Notes: generated by a model from the letters alone, not told the origin. A stretch of DNA of 64,000 nt from an uncultured Chloroflexia bacterium (GCA_963810095.1 CAWEMM010000007.1:128001-192000), one strand, 5' to 3'; counted from the first letter of the stretch, positions 1 to 9,824 are shown. Numbers and translations: made by a program.

Positions 1-496
1 CGGCACCGTCTGGGGCAGCTCGTTCGATGCGGGGCTGCTGCTGGTGCGCAGCCGCCGCATGAAGCTGCTGATGGACGGCAACGGCGCGGAGAAGGCGTCG
101 CCAAAGGACGTTGGGCTGCGCCGCGCGCTGCAGAGCGTCGACCTGTTCCTGCCGAACCTGCGTGAGGCGAAGCACCTGACCGGCCAGTCTGACCCGTGCG
201 CCGCGCTGAGCGCGCTTGCGACACTGTGCCGCCTGCCGGTGCTCAAGGCGGGCGGAGACGGCGCGTATGCGATGGTCGCGGGCAGGATCGAACACGCGCC
301 GGCCATCCCGGTTACGCCCGTCGACACCACCGGCGCGGGCGACTGTTTCAACGCCGGGTTCATCAAGGCGTGGCTTGAAGGCCGGCCGGTGGAGGAGTGC
401 CTGCGCTGGGGCAACGCCGTAGGTGGGCTGTCGACCACCGTCGCGGGCGGCGCGTCCCGGAGGGTGACGCCGGAAGACATCGCGGCCTATCTTTAG
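1..496 (+). CDS. PfkB-family carbohydrate kinase (5' end lies outside the window)
   Basis: PfkB signature 'VDTTGAGDCFNAGF' and 'LPNLREA'; the frame runs from the window edge to TAG at 496. Confidence 0.9.
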   Translation, partial: GTVWGSSFDAGLLLVRSRRMKLLMDGNGAEKASPKDVGLRRALQSVDLFLPNLREAKHLTGQSDPCAALSALATLCRLPVLKAGGDGAYAMVAGRIEHAPAIPVTPVDTTGAGDCFNAGFIKAWLEGRPVEECLRWGNAVGGLSTTVAGGASRRVTPEDIAAYL

Positions 497-561
497 CGCG
501 TGGTATAATCGGCGCGCCGACGGGCTGCATGACAGCCTGCGCCGCAGGAGGATGAAGGCGT

Positions 562-910
562 ATGACCCCTTGGCTGACATTTGTCATCGGTATCATTCTC
601 GGCCTGCTGATTGGCTGGGTGATTGACCTCTTCTATCGCCAGCGCGCCGGTGGCAGAGCACGCATCTGAGTCGCCCGCGCCCCCGGTGTGGGCGCAGCCG
701 CTGCCCGACGAGGCAAGCACGAGCGGGGCTCTCGGGGTGAGCGATGCAGCGGGGTGGCCCGAGGTCTCCGGGCGGGTCGCAGAGGTGGCAGACGAGGCGC
801 CGGCGCTCCCGGCGGCAGAGGCGGAGGCCGGCCTGTCATCCGAGCAGGTCGAGTCCCTTGGTCCCGGCAGCGCGACCCAGGCACCCCCAGACGACACGCC
901 CGCCGCGTAA
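562..910 (+). CDS. Small membrane-anchored acidic protein (one frameshift near 645)
   Basis: AGGAGG at 546-551, ATG at 562; N-terminus MTPWLTFVIGIILGLLIGWVIDLFYRQR (TM helix); continues in the frame of ORF 623..910 as an acidic Ala/Pro-rich tail. Confidence 0.6.
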
Positions 911-992
911 CGGACCTGACGGCCAACGCGAAAGAGACCCCCGAGAACAACTCGGAGGTCTCTTTGTTTGATCCAATGGCCGCCGGCTCGCC

Positions 993-2712
993 CTACCGGT
1001 CGCTGCGGCCGGGCGCCGCCTTGGGCGTCAGCAGGAGCAGCGCCATGGCCAGCGCGAGGAAGAGGCCGAAGAAGGTCCACCGGGTCGCCGGCACGTCGCT
1101 CAGTGCGGCCAGGAAGCCGTCGCCGAACTCGGCGGCGGGCAGGCTGCCGGCCGTCGTCTGGCTGGCCCGTTGCTGGGCCGCCGCAATGGCCGTCTTGGTC
1201 GTAGCGTCGTTCGCCCCGCGGGCTGCGTCGGCCAGCGTCTTCTGCGCGTCCGGGCTGGCGATTTCGCCCAGCGCCCAAGCTGCCTGGGTGCGCACGCCCG
1301 GGTCGCTGTCTTTCAGCGCGGCCGCAAGTGGCTGCACCGCGTTTTCCGGCTTGATGTAGCCGAGCATTTCAGCGGCGTGGCTGCGCACGGCCGGGTTCTG
1401 CGATTTCAAGCTCGCCACGAGCGAGTCGCCGGCCTGTGGCCCCGCCTTCTCCAGCGCGGCCATGGCCGCATGGCGGGCCGGCGTCATCTCGACATCTGCG
1501 AGCGGGACCGTCAGTGCACTTCAGCGCGGCAGGCGTCCCGATGTTGGCCAGCGCCTCGGCCGAGCGTTGTGCGACCGCGGCACGGTCTGTCCGCAGGTGC
1601 TCGGCCAGCAGGTCCACCGCCGCCTCGCTCTTGAGCAGGCCCAGCGCGTATGCCGAACGTGCCCGAACAGCTTCCTGATTCGAGGCCAGCGACTGCATCA
1701 ACGCGGGCGCCACGCTCGTGTCGCCAAGCCGGCCAATCGCCTCGGCCGCTCGGTCGCCGGCCAGCGGGTCGCCATCGTCCAGGCGGTCCATCAGCGGCTG
1801 GACGCCGGCTTTGTCGCCCAGCAGACCCAACACCCGAGCTACAGAAGCCCGCACGGCCGGGTCACCGCTGTTCAATTCATTCACCAGGTCGGGCGTGTAC
1901 TTCAGCTCCTGGGTCACCACGCCCTTGCTCGTGTCGACCGTAACGGCCAACGGCTTGCCTTCGACCGTCTGGATCGTGGTCGCCGGGCCGCCGCTCATAG
2001 GCAGTTGGTCCATCTGGAGCCACAGCCGGCCGCCGTCGACGCTCACGAAGGTGCCCACCGGCGTCATCCGGGTTTCGCTCGTTCCGGTCCATACGGCCGT
2101 GCTGGCGTAGATGATGGATTCGTCTTTCGGGTCGATCTTCAACGCAGTCACCGCAACCGGCGCGGCACCGTTCATCGAGATGGTCGGGTCGTTGACCACC
2201 TGCCAGGTTTCGCCGCCATCGCGGCTGACTGCCAGCCCGACAGATTCGGTGCCCACAAAGATCGCACCGTTGCCCTTGCTCGTGACCGCCAGCGACATGG
2301 GCCGGCTCGGAAGCTGGCCTGCATGCGCCCAGCTGGCGCCTGCATCGCGGCTAACCCAAACCGCGTTCCCGCTGCGGCCGTACACGACCTGTTCGTCACC
2401 GGGAACTGCGATCACCTCGGAGACATTCTCAGGGATGCTGGCAACTGCGTGCCAGGTCTTGCCGCCATCATCACTCCGCTCGACCTGCGTCAGGGCGTCG
2501 CCCTGCACCGTGCTGCGGTAGACAAACGCCTGCGGTTCCGACGCCTGCGCTGCGGGGGCAGCGGCGGGCGCACGGGAAGCGCTGTTGCGCGGAAAAGAGT
2601 CGGACAGGATCGGCTGCCCGATTGGGGCCAGGCCGATCAGGATCAGCAATACGGCCAGGCTGATGCGCAGCGCGGGTCGGGTGGCGAGAGTTCTAAGCCA
2701 ATTGGATTTCAT
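993..2712 (-). CDS. Secreted/membrane protein with BNR/Asp-box repeats plus HEAT repeats (frameshift near 1510)
   Basis: N-terminal signal/TM segment; four SxDGGxTW-like Asp-boxes; PBS-HEAT repeats ('VRASVARVLG','VRSHAAEMLG','VRTQAAWALG'); C-terminal TM helix; joins ORFs 1369..2712 and 993..1487. Confidence 0.8.
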
Positions 2713-2838
2713 CTGAACTGTTCCTCCCGTAAGGGCCTCATCACGTTGTCAACTCACTGCCCTCACAATTTCACAACGCTGCACATAATCATTCGGTTCC
2801 AGGCGTCGGGAAGGATTGCACAGAGGCAAAGTGGGGGC

Positions 2839-2875
2839 AAAAAGACGCCAGGGGTTCCTGGGAAACCTGGTGTCT
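2839..2875 (-). terminator. Hairpin with U-tract on the minus strand, probable terminator of the CBS-MFS-ABM-ADH run
   Basis: agacgccagg...cctggtgtct inverted repeat preceded by an A-run on + (U-run on -). Confidence 0.55.
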
Positions 2876-2895
2876 CGTCGTGTTCGAAGAGGCGG

Positions 2896-3168
2896 TTTGG
2901 CGGGGACGCTCTTGCCCCCGCCGCCCCCGACCAGGGGCTGCGCCCCTTGGAACCCCAAAGGCAACGCTGCGGGTAGATGTTCGCCTGGCTAAGTCACTGT
3001 GCGGGGGATGTGCCGGGGACGGCAAAAACCACTCGTGTATGTATCCGCCGTTGTGTGCGAAGCGAGCGTGGCGGCCCCGCACGGCCGGGGGCCCACCAGT
3101 CAAGAGGCAGCTGGCTGGCCGGGAGCGTTGCCTCTAGGGGTTTCGGGCGCCGGCCGGCCCTCGCCAAA
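2896..3168. repeat. Nested-palindromic MITE/REPIN-like element, copy 1
   Basis: Ends TTTGGCG...CGCCAAA; aligns by eye over most of its length with the reverse complement of 45959-46275. Confidence 0.85.
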
Positions 3169-3218
3169 CAGCATGACCTACCTTGCATGGCCCGCCGACA
3201 ATTTCCCTGTGTTCGTGC

Positions 3219-4373
3219 CTAGATTGCGGCTTCGAGGATTTCGGTCAGCTCGGCGGGGGTGAGCACGATAGGGTTCGCCTTCGTGCTTGAAGCTGCGGCC
3301 GTCATCTGGACCAGCTCCGGCACGTGCTCGGCTGACACCCCGTACGCGGCCAGCGGGGGAATGTGCAGCTCGCGCGCCAGTTCCTGCACCCAGCGCACGG
3401 CGTCTGCAGCCCGGGCGGCAGCGCTGCCGGTCAGGATCGAGGCAACCTCGTCGTATTTCGCCAGGGCGGGGTGGCCGGGTTCGCGGTGGGCAAGGGCCCG
3501 GACGTTTATCGACATAACGGGAGGCAGCAGGGCCGCGCAGACTGCGCCGTGTGGTGCATGGAAGGCACCGCCGATGGGCCCGGCAAAGCCGTGCGCGGCG
3601 CCGAGCCCGGCGTTGGCCAGGCTTAAGCCGCCGAAGAGGCTTGCTAAGGACATGTCTTCGCGAGCGGCGACGTCGTCGCCGTGCTCGTACGCCCTGCGCA
3701 GCGAGCGTGCGACCCGCATCATGCCCTCACGACAGAGCGCGTCGGTCAGTGGGTTGGCGCGGCTCGACGTGAAGGGCTCGATCAGCTGCGTCAGCGCATC
3801 CAGGCCGGTGCTCGCGGTGACGGCGGGCGGCAGCGACAGCGTCAGCTCGGGATCGATCAGCGCGAGGCGCGGCAGCATCGTCGGGCTGCGCAGGCTCGCC
3901 TTGATCCCGTGCGCGGGCGACAGCAGCACGGCGTTGCGCGTTACTTCCGCGCCGGCGCCCGCGGTAGTGGGGATGGCGATGACGGGGAGCGAGGGCTGGG
4001 TAAGCAGCTTGCCGCGCCCGACGACCTCGAGATAGTCGAGGGGATCGCCGCCATTCGCGACCAACGCGGCCACTGCCTTCGCCGTATCCATGCTGCTTCC
4101 GCCGCCGAAGCCCACGACCAGGTCGCAGCCGGCGGCCGCGGCCGTGGCTGCCGCCGACCGGACCAGGTCCGTTGTCGGCTCGCCTGGCACCGCCGTAACG
4201 ACCGTCTCGAGCCCGGTCTCTGCCAGTATGTGGAGGGCACGCTCGGCCCGGACGGGGTCCGTCCCCACGGCAAGTAGGACCTTGCGCCCCATGCTCCGGG
4301 CCGCGGGACCCAGTTCCCGCAGGCAGCCGGGCCCTAAGACAATTCGCTGCGCGGTAGCAAACTCAAATCGCAT
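3219..4373 (-). CDS. Iron-containing alcohol dehydrogenase
   Basis: 'GFGGGSSMDTAK', 'IPTTAGAGAEVT', 'GLDALTQLIE', 'LGAAHG', 'PHG' motifs; start MRFEFAT at 4373. Confidence 0.93.
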   Translation of the reverse strand: MRFEFATAQRIVLGPGCLRELGPAARSMGRKVLLAVGTDPVRAERALHILAETGLETVVTAVPGEPTTDLVRSAAATAAAAGCDLVVGFGGGSSMDTAKAVAALVANGGDPLDYLEVVGRGKLLTQPSLPVIAIPTTAGAGAEVTRNAVLLSPAHGIKASLRSPTMLPRLALIDPELTLSLPPAVTASTGLDALTQLIEPFTSSRANPLTDALCREGMMRVARSLRRAYEHGDDVAAREDMSLASLFGGLSLANAGLGAAHGFAGPIGGAFHAPHGAVCAALLPPVMSINVRALAHREPGHPALAKYDEVASILTGSAAARAADAVRWVQELARELHIPPLAAYGVSAEHVPELVQMTAAASSTKANPIVLTPAELTEILEAAI

Positions 4374-4399
4374 GGTTACGGATTCCCCGAGGCCGGGTG

Positions 4400-4483
4400 A
4401 ACCACAAAGGCACGAAGACACCTGGGTCCACGAAGTGCTCCGATCGGCCTTGGTGAACCTTGTGGCTTGGTGTCTTTGTGGTG
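4400..4483. repeat. REP-like palindrome family A (CACAAAG/CACGAAG ... CTTTGTG)
   Basis: accacaaaggcacgaagacac ... ttggtgtctttgtggtg; similar units at 11961, 24655, 41035, 41948. Confidence 0.75.
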
Positions 4484-4494
4484 CGCTCTCCTCC

Positions 4495-4791
4495 TCACCC
4501 AGGAAGATAGACGCTCTCGTACTTCACCGCGAAGCGCGGCTCGGCCATCATGTCGGCCGCACTCTCGCGCCAGCGTGCATAGTGAGCCGTCGCCTTGTGT
4601 TGTGCGAGGGCATCGCCGTCGCGGTATGCCTCGATCAGCACGAAGCGGGTCGGATCGTCGACATTCTGCACCACGTCGAAGCGCGCAATTCCCGACTCTT
4701 GCACGCTGTTCGATGCGTTGTCCACGCATAGGGCCTTAAACGGCTCGATGAATTCCGGCTTGATGTGAACGTGGATGAATACAACCTGCAT
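4495..4791 (-). CDS. ABM-domain (putative quinol monooxygenase / LsrG-like) protein
   Basis: 98 aa; 'ESGIARFDVVQ..DPTRFVLIEAY..HKATAHY..W' ABM pattern. Confidence 0.88.
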   Translation of the reverse strand: MQVVFIHVHIKPEFIEPFKALCVDNASNSVQESGIARFDVVQNVDDPTRFVLIEAYRDGDALAQHKATAHYARWRESAADMMAEPRFAVKYESVYLPG

Positions 4792-6018
4792 CTAGTCCCT
4801 CCCCGCGGGCGCACGCCGTTGCGTCGCCCAGAGCGATCCAGCGACGCCGATCGCCAGCGTGGCAACGGCGGTGACGGCAAACATGGCCTGCAGCCCCGCC
4901 TTCGCCGCGATAATGCCGCTCAACCACGGGCCCGCGAACATGCCGAGCGCATAAACCGACTGGTGGACGCCCATCGCCGTGGCCCGCTCGGCCCCGTCGA
5001 CCTGCTCGATGCTCATACCCATGAGTATTGGGTAGCACAGGCCGTACCCGATGCCGACCAGCACCTGCACCGCCAGCAGCCATGCGATCGAGTTAGCCAC
5101 CGCGCCACATGCCGCACCGAGCGCGAGCGCGACGAAGCTCACGATGAGCAGGGGGCGCTTGTCAAAGCGTTTGACGAGAAACGCGGCCGCAAGGACCGCG
5201 GGCGTGAAAACCGCCAGGTGCACGACCGTTAGGTTGCTGACCATCGAGTCGGCCGCGCCCAGATTCTTGGCCAGGAGCGCCACGAACCCATACACCAGTC
5301 CCATAAGCACGTAGTGCGCCATTGCGCTCAGCCCCGCGGGCAGCAGGACGTCGGGGCGCCCCGCCAGCCGCCCGATGCCCTTGATTGTCGGGGCCTTGGC
5401 CGGCCGCCGGGGTTCGCCCGTGGGCAGCACGAGGACGATCGCGATACCCGCCAACACGGCCGCAGCGACAAATGCCAGCGGATAGCCGCCGAGCGCGTTG
5501 AGCGGGCCGGTTGATGCCGTCGCCAGCACCCGGGCGACCGCGGACATGACGGTCAGCGTGGTCGTCGCCTGCACGGCCTTCTCCGGGGGGTAGAGCGAAC
5601 TGAAAACCACCGTCAGCGGCACCCAGGTCGCCGCGGCAATGCCGGTGATCGAGCGGCCGATCAGCAGGGCCTGGGTCGAGTGCGCGGCGCCCATCAGCAG
5701 GGCCCCGGCCCCTGCCAGCGCCAGGCCGGCCGCGATAAAAGGCTTGCGCCGGCCGGCCCAGTCGGAGGCTATGCCGACTGGGAGACGGGTCAGCGCCTGC
5801 CACAACCCGTACATAGACAGGATCGTGCCAATCAGGGCCAGGTCGGGGGTGAGCGTTCCGGCGTAGGTGGGAAGGGTCGGTACGTAGGTGTAGAGGGATG
5901 CCCAATAGAGCAGCGCGACCGTCCCGTATAGCACGACCGCGACCCGGTGACTGCTGAGGCGCGCGGCGACTCCAGCCGGCGCCTTGGCCGGCTGCACCCC
6001 GGAGAGTGGATCTCGCAC
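4792..6018 (-). CDS. MFS transporter
   Basis: About 12 hydrophobic helices; motif A 'GIASDWAGRRK'; GTG start overlaps the CBS stop (TAGTG). Confidence 0.9.
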   Translation of the reverse strand: MRDPLSGVQPAKAPAGVAARLSSHRVAVVLYGTVALLYWASLYTYVPTLPTYAGTLTPDLALIGTILSMYGLWQALTRLPVGIASDWAGRRKPFIAAGLALAGAGALLMGAAHSTQALLIGRSITGIAAATWVPLTVVFSSLYPPEKAVQATTTLTVMSAVARVLATASTGPLNALGGYPLAFVAAAVLAGIAIVLVLPTGEPRRPAKAPTIKGIGRLAGRPDVLLPAGLSAMAHYVLMGLVYGFVALLAKNLGAADSMVSNLTVVHLAVFTPAVLAAAFLVKRFDKRPLLIVSFVALALGAACGAVANSIAWLLAVQVLVGIGYGLCYPILMGMSIEQVDGAERATAMGVHQSVYALGMFAGPWLSGIIAAKAGLQAMFAVTAVATLAIGVAGSLWATQRRAPAGRD

Positions 6019-6431
6019 TATCTGTGCTCCCTGGCTTCGAGTTTCACCATGTGGTAAACGACGTCCGCCGCGGAGACGACGGCGATCGGGCGCATCTTGT
6101 CGCCTTCGTGGCGGACGGCAACGACCCGGTGGATCCGTTCGTTCAGGAGGAGATCGCAGACCTCGGCAAGGGTAGTATCGAGGGTCACCGTCACGACGCC
6201 CGCGCTCATGTACTGTCCGACCGTCCGCCCGGCCCAAGGGCCGCCGTTCTCCCACGCTCGGAGCAGGTCGGTGCGGCTGAGGATGCCGGCCAGATAGCCT
6301 TCTTCGTCCACGACCACCAGCGCACTGACGTCTTCACCCGTCATGCGCCGTGCCGCCTCAACCAGCAATGTGCCGGGCGTACAGGTCAGCACACCCAACC
6401 GTTTGGCCTGCATCACCGTCGTGTTCGGCAT
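6018..6431 (-). CDS. CBS-domain protein
   Basis: Tandem CBS pair ('ALVVVDEEGYLAGILSRTDL','IHRVVAV...VVSAADV'). Confidence 0.9.
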   Translation of the reverse strand: MPNTTVMQAKRLGVLTCTPGTLLVEAARRMTGEDVSALVVVDEEGYLAGILSRTDLLRAWENGGPWAGRTVGQYMSAGVVTVTLDTTLAEVCDLLLNERIHRVVAVRHEGDKMRPIAVVSAADVVYHMVKLEAREHR

Positions 6432-6560
6432 CTCGTCCTCCGGGCACCCGGGCAGGGGCCGATGGTTACATCATCTCGTGCGATGACGAGGGTGGGCGCG
6501 TGCCTGCAATCCGCGGTACAAGGCGGACCCTCGTAGATTGTGAAAAGTATAGCCGGGGCG

Positions 6561-9500
6561 TTAAGCCATGTCAAGGACCTGCGTGATCTGTCCGGCTTGC
6601 AGCCACCCGACCCCGTACTCGTCGACCGTCCAGCGGCCCTGCACCAGCAGGGGCTTCCAGGGCGCCGGGCTGCGCGTGCCCTTCGCCGCGTGCAAGAACA
6701 CGAACCGCTCGCCATCGCCCAGGAAGAAGCCGGGCCCCCCGGTCCAGCCAGGGAGCCGCACGCCGGCTGTGAGCAGGGCCTTGCTGCGCGTAGCCATTAT
6801 CTCTGCCAGCGAGGCGTGGGCAGGAAGTGCCGCGCGCGCCGGCGCCAACGGGTCGGCCAGCGCGCTCACCGGCAGACCGAGCAGCTCTTGCTCCCATTCC
6901 CAGCGCCGGTCGACGGGCTCGGGTGGGGGCTGGGGCCGCGCGAAGTCGAAGGCGAGCTGATTGAGCCCGCCTCGTCTCCGCAACAGGTCCGCTTCGGCCA
7001 GTAGCTCGCTCCGGCTGCCCGCGCCGCCGAGCCCGTCGAGCGCACCGCAGCGGATCAAGTGGTCGAGCTCTTTTGGCTGCAGTTCCACCCGCAACAGCAG
7101 GTTCCGCAAATCGAGGTAGGGGCCGGGACCGCCAGGGCGGGCGCGCTCCGCCACAATAGCGGCCGCGGCGCTGTTGCGCAGGTCACGCACCTGGCCCAGG
7201 CCCATGTACAGCGTGCCAAGCGCGCCTTGACCGGGCACGAGCGTGAACTTGCTCCCGCTGAAGTTTACGTGCGGCGGACGGACGGGGATGCCGAGGCGCA
7301 CCGCCTCCGACATGTAGATCGCGGGATGGTGGAAGCCGCCCCAGTCCTGCAGGCGAGCGGCGAGGAACTCCGCAGGGTAGTGGGTCTTGAGGTAGGCACT
7401 GCGGAAGCTGACGTCGGCGTACGCGGTGGCATGGCCCTGGTTGAAGCCGTAGCCGGCGAAGGGAAGTATCTGCTCCCACAGCTGGACTGCAGTCGCCGGA
7501 GTCATGCCGGGCCCTGCCGGGGCGGGCCGGATGCACCCCTGGACGAACTGTTCCTGGAGTGCGGCGATTTCGTGGCGGCCGAAGTGGCTCATGCCGCGTC
7601 GCAGGTGATCGGCCTGGGCCCAGCTCAAGCCCGCCACCTCGGTCGCGATCCGCAGCACCTGTTCCTGGAAGATCAGTACGCCCTTCGTGGGCCCCAAGAT
7701 GGGCGCCAGGGACGCGTGCAGATACGTCGTCGGCTGCTCCCCCCGGTACCGTTTCACGAACTTGTCCGCCATGCCGCCCATCGCGGGGCCAGGCTTGAAG
7801 AACGCGTTGGCAATGGCCAGGTCGCGCACTCGCCGCGCCTTCAGCTTGCGGAGCGTTCGCTGTGCGCCTTCCGACTCACACTGGAAGACTCCGATGGTCT
7901 CGGCGCGCGCGATCAGATCGCCTGTCGCCCGGTCGTCGAGCGGGATCTTCGACAACTCGAACGCGGGGTCACGCTGCGCACGGACCATCTCGGCCGCGTC
8001 GGCCAACACCGTGAGCGCCCGGATGCCGAGCAAATCAAGCTTGGGCAGGCCGATCGCGGCCACGTCACCGTGTTCGTACTGGGTGACCAGGAAGCCCTTG
8101 GGCGTCCACTGGAGCGGCGCCATGTCGGTCATCGGGCCGGGCGAGATGACTACGCCGCCGGGGTGAATGCTGATGTGGTCGGGCGTGCCCACCAGGTCCC
8201 ATGCGGCCTGGGCCACCTCGCGCTCCCGGCTGTCCTCAATCTCGGGCAGGATGTCGGCGATCGTGCGCTCGTCGCGGCGACGGGGGTCCGGGTGCCAGCG
8301 CCCCGGCATCATCCCTGCGAGCTTGTTGATCGCCTCGTCGTCCAACCCGTAAGCCTTGCCCACCTCGCGCACGGCAGACTGGGGCCGCATGGTGCTGATC
8401 GTGCAGACCATGGCGACCCGGTCCGGGCCGTAATGGTCGCGCACGTAGCGCAGGACCTCGTCGCGGCGAGCGGAGCAGAAATCGAGGTCGATATCGGGTG
8501 GATCACGCCTGGCCGGGTTGAGGAAGCGCTCGAAAAGCAGGTCGTGCTCGATCGGGTCGACCGTCGTGATGCCCGCGCAGTAGGCCACCAGCGAGTTTGC
8601 CACGCTGCCCCGGGTGCTGACGGGCACGCCGTGCTCCCGTGCGAAGCGGACGATGTCGGCCACGACCAGGAACAGCGGCGCGTAGCCGTGCTCCGTGATG
8701 GCGGCGAGTTCCTTTTCGAGACGGTCTTCGGGAGGCGATTCGCGATAGCGCTCCTCCAGCCCGGCCTTCGCCGCGGCGGCGAGGGCGCCGGCAGGCGTTT
8801 GGCCTTGCGGCAGCGCGATGCTGGGCCAGACGGGCCGGCCGTCCGGCAGTGCGCGGCCGCACCGGGCTGCCACCCGCGCGGTCGCCTCGAGCGCATGCCC
8901 GTACCCGGCGTATCGAGCGGTCATCTCGGCTTCGGTCAACCAGTTCCGGCTCAGCTCGTCGCGCGGCTTGCCGGCGGGCCCACGCACGTCCGTGCCGGTG
9001 CGAGCCGTATACTCCGTTCTTGCCGTGTCTCGCACCGCCGGTCCGTCCCACATCCCCGCTTCGGGCGCAGCCTCGTCGCTCCCTTCGAGTGGCTCGTCAG
9101 ATTCGGGCACGGCGTCGAGCGGGCGGTTCGCCCGGATGGCCGCCAGCAGCCGCAGCCTCGGGGCTTCTTCCGGGCTGAGGCAGTAGATGGGCCGCACGGC
9201 GACCAACGGCATGCCCAGCCGCCGGGCCAGGCTGGCCAGTTCGGCCGCTCTCGGCGCATCCTGGACGCCGTCCAGTTCCAGCGCCAGGCACGCGTCCTCG
9301 TCGAAGGTGCCCGCAAGGCGAGCTGCAAACGCCTGCGCCGCGCCCGTTTCGCCGGCCGCCAGGAAGCGGTCGACCCAGCCGTCGCGGCCGCCGCTGAGGC
9401 AAATCAGGCCCTCCCGGTGCGTCGCGACCTGCTCCCAGAGCAGGCCCGTTTCTGAAACGGCCTCACGGTCCGCCCGGCCCTGGATGAGGGTGGAGAGGCG

Positions 9501-9824
9501 GCACAGCGAGCGGTAGCCGGACGCGTCCTTTGCGAGCAGGACGAGGTGGCCCGGACCCGTGTCGGCCTGCCCGGGCCGCGCTGCGCCGCTGGCGGGCCGC
9601 TGCAGGGTGACCGTCATCCCGACGATGGGCTGCACTCCGGCCTTGTCGCAAGCCCTGGCAAACGCGATTGCAGCGTACAGCGCGTTCGTGTCGGTCAGCG
9701 CGAGGTGGGTCATCCCCTCGCCGGCCGCGCGGGCGGCGAGGGCTTCGGGCGAGGGCGTGGCCCCGAGCAGCGTCAGGTTCGAGTGGACCTCGAGATGGGT
9801 GAATGGCACGTGGGCATGCGACAT
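6561..9824 (-). CDS. dnaE2: DNA polymerase III alpha subunit, DnaE2-like (error-prone type)
   Basis: PHP N-terminus (HLEVHS, LALTD); 'RGSVANSLVAY', 'FERFLN', 'PPDIDLDF', 'KLDLLG', 'YGFNQGHA'; degenerate PHP and short C-terminus indicate the non-replicative paralogue. Confidence 0.85.
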   Translation of the reverse strand: MSHAHVPFTHLEVHSNLTLLGATPSPEALAARAAGEGMTHLALTDTNALYAAIAFARACDKAGVQPIVGMTVTLQRPASGAARPGQADTGPGHLVLLAKDASGYRSLCRLSTLIQGRADREAVSETGLLWEQVATHREGLICLSGGRDGWVDRFLAAGETGAAQAFAARLAGTFDEDACLALELDGVQDAPRAAELASLARRLGMPLVAVRPIYCLSPEEAPRLRLLAAIRANRPLDAVPESDEPLEGSDEAAPEAGMWDGPAVRDTARTEYTARTGTDVRGPAGKPRDELSRNWLTEAEMTARYAGYGHALEATARVAARCGRALPDGRPVWPSIALPQGQTPAGALAAAAKAGLEERYRESPPEDRLEKELAAITEHGYAPLFLVVADIVRFAREHGVPVSTRGSVANSLVAYCAGITTVDPIEHDLLFERFLNPARRDPPDIDLDFCSARRDEVLRYVRDHYGPDRVAMVCTISTMRPQSAVREVGKAYGLDDEAINKLAGMMPGRWHPDPRRRDERTIADILPEIEDSREREVAQAAWDLVGTPDHISIHPGGVVISPGPMTDMAPLQWTPKGFLVTQYEHGDVAAIGLPKLDLLGIRALTVLADAAEMVRAQRDPAFELSKIPLDDRATGDLIARAETIGVFQCESEGAQRTLRKLKARRVRDLAIANAFFKPGPAMGGMADKFVKRYRGEQPTTYLHASLAPILGPTKGVLIFQEQVLRIATEVAGLSWAQADHLRRGMSHFGRHEIAALQEQFVQGCIRPAPAGPGMTPATAVQLWEQILPFAGYGFNQGHATAYADVSFRSAYLKTHYPAEFLAARLQDWGGFHHPAIYMSEAVRLGIPVRPPHVNFSGSKFTLVPGQGALGTLYMGLGQVRDLRNSAAAAIVAERARPGGPGPYLDLRNLLLRVELQPKELDHLIRCGALDGLGGAGSRSELLAEADLLRRRGGLNQLAFDFARPQPPPEPVDRRWEWEQELLGLPVSALADPLAPARAALPAHASLAEIMATRSKALLTAGVRLPGWTGGPGFFLGDGERFVFLHAAKGTRSPAPWKPLLVQGRWTVDEYGVGWLQAGQITQVLDMA

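Noticed and set aside
2880-3222. Short ORFs inside the repeated element (also 45949..46224)
   Set aside because: Peptide similarity only reflects DNA similarity; differences are mostly non-synonymous and other frames have stops
4495-4791. AI-2 (lsr) quorum-sensing system from LsrG-like and LsrF-like genes
   Set aside because: The two genes are 36 kb apart and no lsrK/lsrR/lsrACDB genes are present
7059-9455. 798-aa plus-strand ORF (and similar long ORFs such as 26861..29506, 60691..62604, 1462..2976)
   Set aside because: Antisense shadows of well-supported genes; typical of high-GC codon bias, with no recognisable motifs
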